A stretch of DNA of 27,090 nucleotides, from IMG/VR virus record IMGVR_UViG_3300043391_000934, positions 1-27,090 of that record. One strand, written 5' to 3'. Below are positions 23,594 to 27,090 of the stretch, in pieces. The stretch is from a virus (taxonomy: Duplodnaviria; Caudoviricetes). A model generated the notes under the pieces. That model was given only the letters and a program-made list of their open reading frames with translations. It was not told the DNA's origin and did not search any database. Both the position numbers and the translations under genes were made by a program. The stretch's first letter is position 1. Every line of letters begins with the position of its first letter.

Positions 23594-24234
23594 GGTATGA
23601 ATCTAAAGAGGAGGCGCAGGAATCCCATGTCCAGAATTATAGAAGCGACGGGATAGCAAAGAGAAAAGGGACGCGATATAGCTCCGATTTTTTGCGTGTA
23701 AACTTCATCATGGCCCATATTGATATGGATAGTCATGTTCTCGATGTTGGGTGTAACGGCGGAACCATATCCGTACCGTTAATGCAGCAAAAAGGGTGCT
23801 ATGTTAATGGCGTGGACATCGTTCCCGAGCTGGTTAAAAAGGCGCAGGATCGTGGAGTCTTTGCAATGGTTGGCGAGGCTGAGGACTTGAGTCAGTTTCG
23901 ACCAAATTCATTTGATCATGTTATCTGTTCAGAAGTACTTGAGCATCTATATGATCCACTTCCCGCAATAAGGGAAGCCTACAGGGTGTTAAAACCATCC
24001 GGTAGTTATCTTGTGACGGTTCCTCATCCTTTTGGGGAAATGGCCAAAAATCATAACCTTGGAGACTATCACCAGCAAAACTTTACACTTGAGATACTGG
24101 ATACCATTTTTCATAATGTATTCGAGCGTGGGAAAGTAGAGTTTTTTGAGATACCGTATTCAGAAGAGTTTTGCGTTGCCAATGGGTTGGATAAAAATCA
24201 GCCTCAATGGCTTGGATTAAAGGCGGTAAAATGA
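23590..24234 (+). CDS. Class I SAM-dependent methyltransferase
   Basis: VLDVGCNGG motif I, GVDI, FDHVICSEVLEHL.DP, RVLKPSG...VTVP; lacks DNA-methylase DPPY/PC motifs. Confidence 0.9.
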   Translation: MRYESKEEAQESHVQNYRSDGIAKRKGTRYSSDFLRVNFIMAHIDMDSHVLDVGCNGGTISVPLMQQKGCYVNGVDIVPELVKKAQDRGVFAMVGEAEDLSQFRPNSFDHVICSEVLEHLYDPLPAIREAYRVLKPSGSYLVTVPHPFGEMAKNHNLGDYHQQNFTLEILDTIFHNVFERGKVEFFEIPYSEEFCVANGLDKNQPQWLGLKAVK

Positions 24235-25343
24235 AAGTCTTATATGTAAATTCCCTCAACGTTGGCGTTTCTTACTGGCGACTTGAAAACTACGCAAGCG
24301 AGATGGTCCGGTTAAAAGTCCCCGTCTTTGTTGAATACTTATTCGATCCTCGGCTTGGGTATGCTTGGGATAAATTATGCTATGGCACTGGCGAGATATC
24401 GGAAAATATCCGGACAAAATTAGATCGGGCATTTAATCATTTCGATGTAATTATTTTCCAAAAAGTTCAGAATAAAGAAGGCGTGTATCTTATTCAGTCA
24501 CTTAAGGAGAAATACCCGTCCGTTGCGGTAATCGCTGAAATTGATGATTCACTTGGAGATATCACCCCATCAAATTTCAGAGAAATGAAGCATGAAGGGA
24601 CATGGGCGGCGGAACACTGCCATATTTCAGACGGGATCATATGCTCAACCCAACACCTGTCCGATTCAGTCGAAGCATTGAATGATAATAGATTCGTTGC
24701 GCCAAATTGCATAAACATTGAAACCTGGTCACCGGAAATTCATGAAGACAAAGACCCGTCAGCCCCATTTCGCTTTGTATACGTTGGTGGTGGTGGTCAC
24801 GATGAAGATCTTGAGATCATTCGAGAGCCCATGCTTCGGTTTTTGTCTGAAAACAGTAACGTGGAATTTGTTGTCCGATATGGTGGGTATGAATTGGATT
24901 GGATGAGAGGGAATCCTCAGATTGATTTTAAATCTGTTAATTGGTGTTTAGATGAGTACCCACAAAGACTTGCTGATTTACGTGCAGACGTTGCGTTGGC
25001 GCCACTTCGAGATTCCAACTTTAACCGATCTAAATCGGCATTAAAGTGGATCGAGTGGGGATCTATTGGGGTACCTCTACTTGCAAGCGATGTTGGACCA
25101 TATAAAGGACTTCCATACTCGGTGTTGTGTAGCAATTCGGATGATGCGTGGTATGAAGGGATTAATCTATCATTTAACAAGCCCAGAAACTCGGCTCAAT
25201 TGAAAGAATCCGTTTTTGAGCGGTTCAATTTACACGAAAACACAAAGGCGCTTATTGAATGGTTGACAGTTCTTTGTAATAATAAAAAAATATCTGAAAC
25301 AGATAGCCACAATGAATTAAAAAGCCCCTTCATTTTTTTGTAA
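24231..25343 (+). CDS. GT-B (GT4-like) glycosyltransferase
   Basis: YWRL, DVIIFQK, AEIDD, CST..L, APNCI, G..H.EDL, DVALAPL.DS.FNRSKS.LK..E...GVP.LASDV.PY. Confidence 0.88.
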   Translation: MKVLYVNSLNVGVSYWRLENYASEMVRLKVPVFVEYLFDPRLGYAWDKLCYGTGEISENIRTKLDRAFNHFDVIIFQKVQNKEGVYLIQSLKEKYPSVAVIAEIDDSLGDITPSNFREMKHEGTWAAEHCHISDGIICSTQHLSDSVEALNDNRFVAPNCINIETWSPEIHEDKDPSAPFRFVYVGGGGHDEDLEIIREPMLRFLSENSNVEFVVRYGGYELDWMRGNPQIDFKSVNWCLDEYPQRLADLRADVALAPLRDSNFNRSKSALKWIEWGSIGVPLLASDVGPYKGLPYSVLCSNSDDAWYEGINLSFNKPRNSAQLKESVFERFNLHENTKALIEWLTVLCNNKKISETDSHNELKSPFIFL

Positions 25344-25368
25344 GTATTTGGCTAAAAACCCGACGCGG

Positions 25369-25402
25369 AAAGCCCATTAAGAATTATCTTGATGGGCTTT
25401 TT
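25369..25402 (+). terminator. Intrinsic terminator closing the glycosylation cassette
   Basis: AAAGCCCATTAAGA-ATTA-TCTTGATGGGCTTT followed by further Ts. Confidence 0.7.
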
Positions 25403-25425
25403 TGCGTTTAAAAAAAAGGATTACA

Positions 25426-26697
25426 ATGAAACAATACCCACAGATTCCAATATTAGAACCGATCATTCCCCAGTTAACCCCGCAATTAAATTCTTTAATT
25501 ATGGGAAATGGATCATCGTGGGTGCTTAAGACACTCCCCCAACTTATTGATCAATTATTGATTCCGGTAGCAAATGGTGGGACTGGATCGACATCGTTCA
25601 CGTCTGGATCTATTCCATTTTCAAACGGAACCATTTTAACCCAAGATAATGCAAATTTCTTTTGGGATGATTCGAATAATCGACTCGGTATAGGAAAATC
25701 ATCCCCCGCAGTAGCCCTTGATGTAGTAGGAGCCATGACATGTACGACTACCGCAACGGCAAACACATTTAAATCAGGATATACAACAACCGCGACTGCC
25801 GCCGGGACTACAACGCTTACGTCATCAAGTACTATGCAACAGTACTTTACTGGGACAACTACTCAGACTGTAGTATTGCCAGTAACTAGCACTCTAGCTC
25901 TTGGGTGGAAGTATGAGATTTACAACACCTCAACGGGACTAGTTACAGTTCAGTCGTCTGGAGCTAATACAATAAGAGTTCTTGAGCCCGGAAGCTCCGT
26001 TATTGTCACCTGCATACTTACATCAGGAACAGGGGTTGCGTCATGGAGCGCATCGCATACCGCATTAGTTAGTGGCTCCCTTTACACGAACGTCCAAACC
26101 GGAACAAGTTACACCTTCGCATTGACCGATTCTGGGGCGACAGTTACGGCTAGCAACGCGTCCGCATCCACCTACACCCTACCACAGACATCCAATATTG
26201 CATTTCCGATCGGCACTCGAATTAAGCTAGTTAACCTTGGGGCTGGGGCAGTTACTCTTGTCAAAGAAGGGTCCGAAACGTTAGATGGGAACGCGCTTGT
26301 TGCTCAATACGCTACGGCTTTTATTGAGAAAATTACCACTTCTAAATGGCAGGTGTTTGGTGGGACGGCGACATTGCCCCAGTCATTCAATGTTGCAATT
26401 GTTAATACGCTAGTTAATGATAAGGTCTATGACATTGTCGTCCCTAATTTTAGCGGCACAATAACAGGGCTTATCCTGAGAAATACTTCTGCCGGAACAG
26501 CTGGGACATACACGGCAAAGATAAATAGCACGGCAATTACGGGACTATCCGCCATCGCAAATACAACAACAAGAACATTGACCGCCGCAACGGCCGCCAA
26601 TGCATTTGTAAGTGGCGACGTTATCAGCTACACCCCCACAGGTATGACGTCGGTTGTTGATGCGTTTATAACTGTGTATTACACAAGGAATTACTAA
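25426..26697 (+). CDS. Ser/Thr-rich virion structural protein (tail fibre/spike-like)
   Basis: AAGGA RBS and MKQYP start; PVANGGTG, FFWDDSNNRLGIG.SSP...LDV.G and QTGTSYT..L.D.G modules typical of phage fibre proteins. Confidence 0.75.
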   Translation: MKQYPQIPILEPIIPQLTPQLNSLIMGNGSSWVLKTLPQLIDQLLIPVANGGTGSTSFTSGSIPFSNGTILTQDNANFFWDDSNNRLGIGKSSPAVALDVVGAMTCTTTATANTFKSGYTTTATAAGTTTLTSSSTMQQYFTGTTTQTVVLPVTSTLALGWKYEIYNTSTGLVTVQSSGANTIRVLEPGSSVIVTCILTSGTGVASWSASHTALVSGSLYTNVQTGTSYTFALTDSGATVTASNASASTYTLPQTSNIAFPIGTRIKLVNLGAGAVTLVKEGSETLDGNALVAQYATAFIEKITTSKWQVFGGTATLPQSFNVAIVNTLVNDKVYDIVVPNFSGTITGLILRNTSAGTAGTYTAKINSTAITGLSAIANTTTRTLTAATAANAFVSGDVISYTPTGMTSVVDAFITVYYTRNY

Positions 26698-26768
26698 TAT
26701 GAGTCTGGGGAAGAGAATTGCTCCCAGCGATGCGATAATTTCTATCAACGATTTGATGGTTATGTAAT

Positions 26769-27090
26769 ATGGCAATTTTCCCACTAACTCAAGTTCCGCT
26801 AATTGTTCCAGGTTGCGTTGGGTGGCTTGATGCATCTGACGCCTCAACTATTACGTCAAGTGGGGGCGCGGTTTCTTCTGTTAGAAATAAAGCGAATTCT
26901 CAAGTTCCGTTTACTCAAGCAGCTGGCGCAAAACAACCATTAACTGCAGTTAATACAATTGCTGGTAAAAACGTATTAACTTTTGATGGTGTTGATGATC
27001 AGTTAGATGTGTCAACCCTTTTTCCGTCACCACAGACAACCGGGTTTACAGTCTTTATAGTAGCCTTTCCATTAAACCCCGTAGTTGGAA
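26769..27090 (+). CDS. LamG/concanavalin-like tail-associated protein, truncated by the window end
   Basis: Hand translation MAIFPLTQVPLIVPGCVGWLDASDASTITSSGGAVSSVRNKANSQVPFTQ...QP...NTIAGKNVLTFDGVDDQL...FTVFIV; open to the end of the window. Confidence 0.75.
   Translation, partial: MAIFPLTQVPLIVPGCVGWLDASDASTITSSGGAVSSVRNKANSQVPFTQAAGAKQPLTAVNTIAGKNVLTFDGVDDQLDVSTLFPSPQTTGFTVFIVAFPLNPVVG

Noticed and set aside
23590-24234. DNA methyltransferase or restriction-modification component
   Set aside because: It lacks DPPY/NPPY or PC catalytic motifs; the pattern fits small-molecule or sugar methyltransferases.
19682-25343. Gtr-type O-antigen conversion locus or DNA hypermodification cluster
   Set aside because: No membrane flippase or GT-C protein and no hydroxymethylase, TET/JBP or kinase in the window; the position is in the late structural module. 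Not fully excluded.
1-27090. tRNA, integrase, att site, reverse transcriptase/DGR or transposase
   Set aside because: None was recognised in this window, so lifestyle (temperate or lytic) cannot be settled from it.

Overview
A 27-kb segment of a tailed dsDNA phage or prophage genome (Caudoviricetes, podovirus-like head module), probably infecting a diderm host. From left to right: (1) a + strand lysis module with an M15 peptidase endolysin, holin-like membrane proteins and a secreted beta-barrel-like protein (12-2013). (2) A long - strand early/replication operon with SSB, DUF1064 nuclease, many small mosaic genes, dimeric dUTPase, a replication initiator with embedded iterons, a Sak4-like AAA ATPase and a Cro-like HTH (2014-9223). 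(3) A 380-bp non-coding island holding a single type I-E CRISPR-repeat-like unit and a multi-hairpin region (9224-9604). (4) A second - strand operon of small acidic and Zn-finger genes, with a divergent promoter pair, three 17-bp operator-like palindromes and a small HTH gene (9605-11698). (5) Terminase small and large subunits, portal, scaffold and major capsid protein (12070-19063). (6) A SpoVG-like gene followed by a translationally coupled six-gene glycosylation cassette: GT-A/GT-B fusion, short UDP-sugar dehydrogenase, epimerase, GT2, SAM methyltransferase and GT-B (19118-25343). (7) Ser/Thr-rich tail/fibre genes (25426-end). The strongest novelty candidates are the solitary CRISPR repeat (possible RNA anti-CRISPR, Racr) and the self-contained sugar-synthesis and glycosylation cassette inside the virion module. 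All assignments come from motif recognition by eye; no database searches were run.
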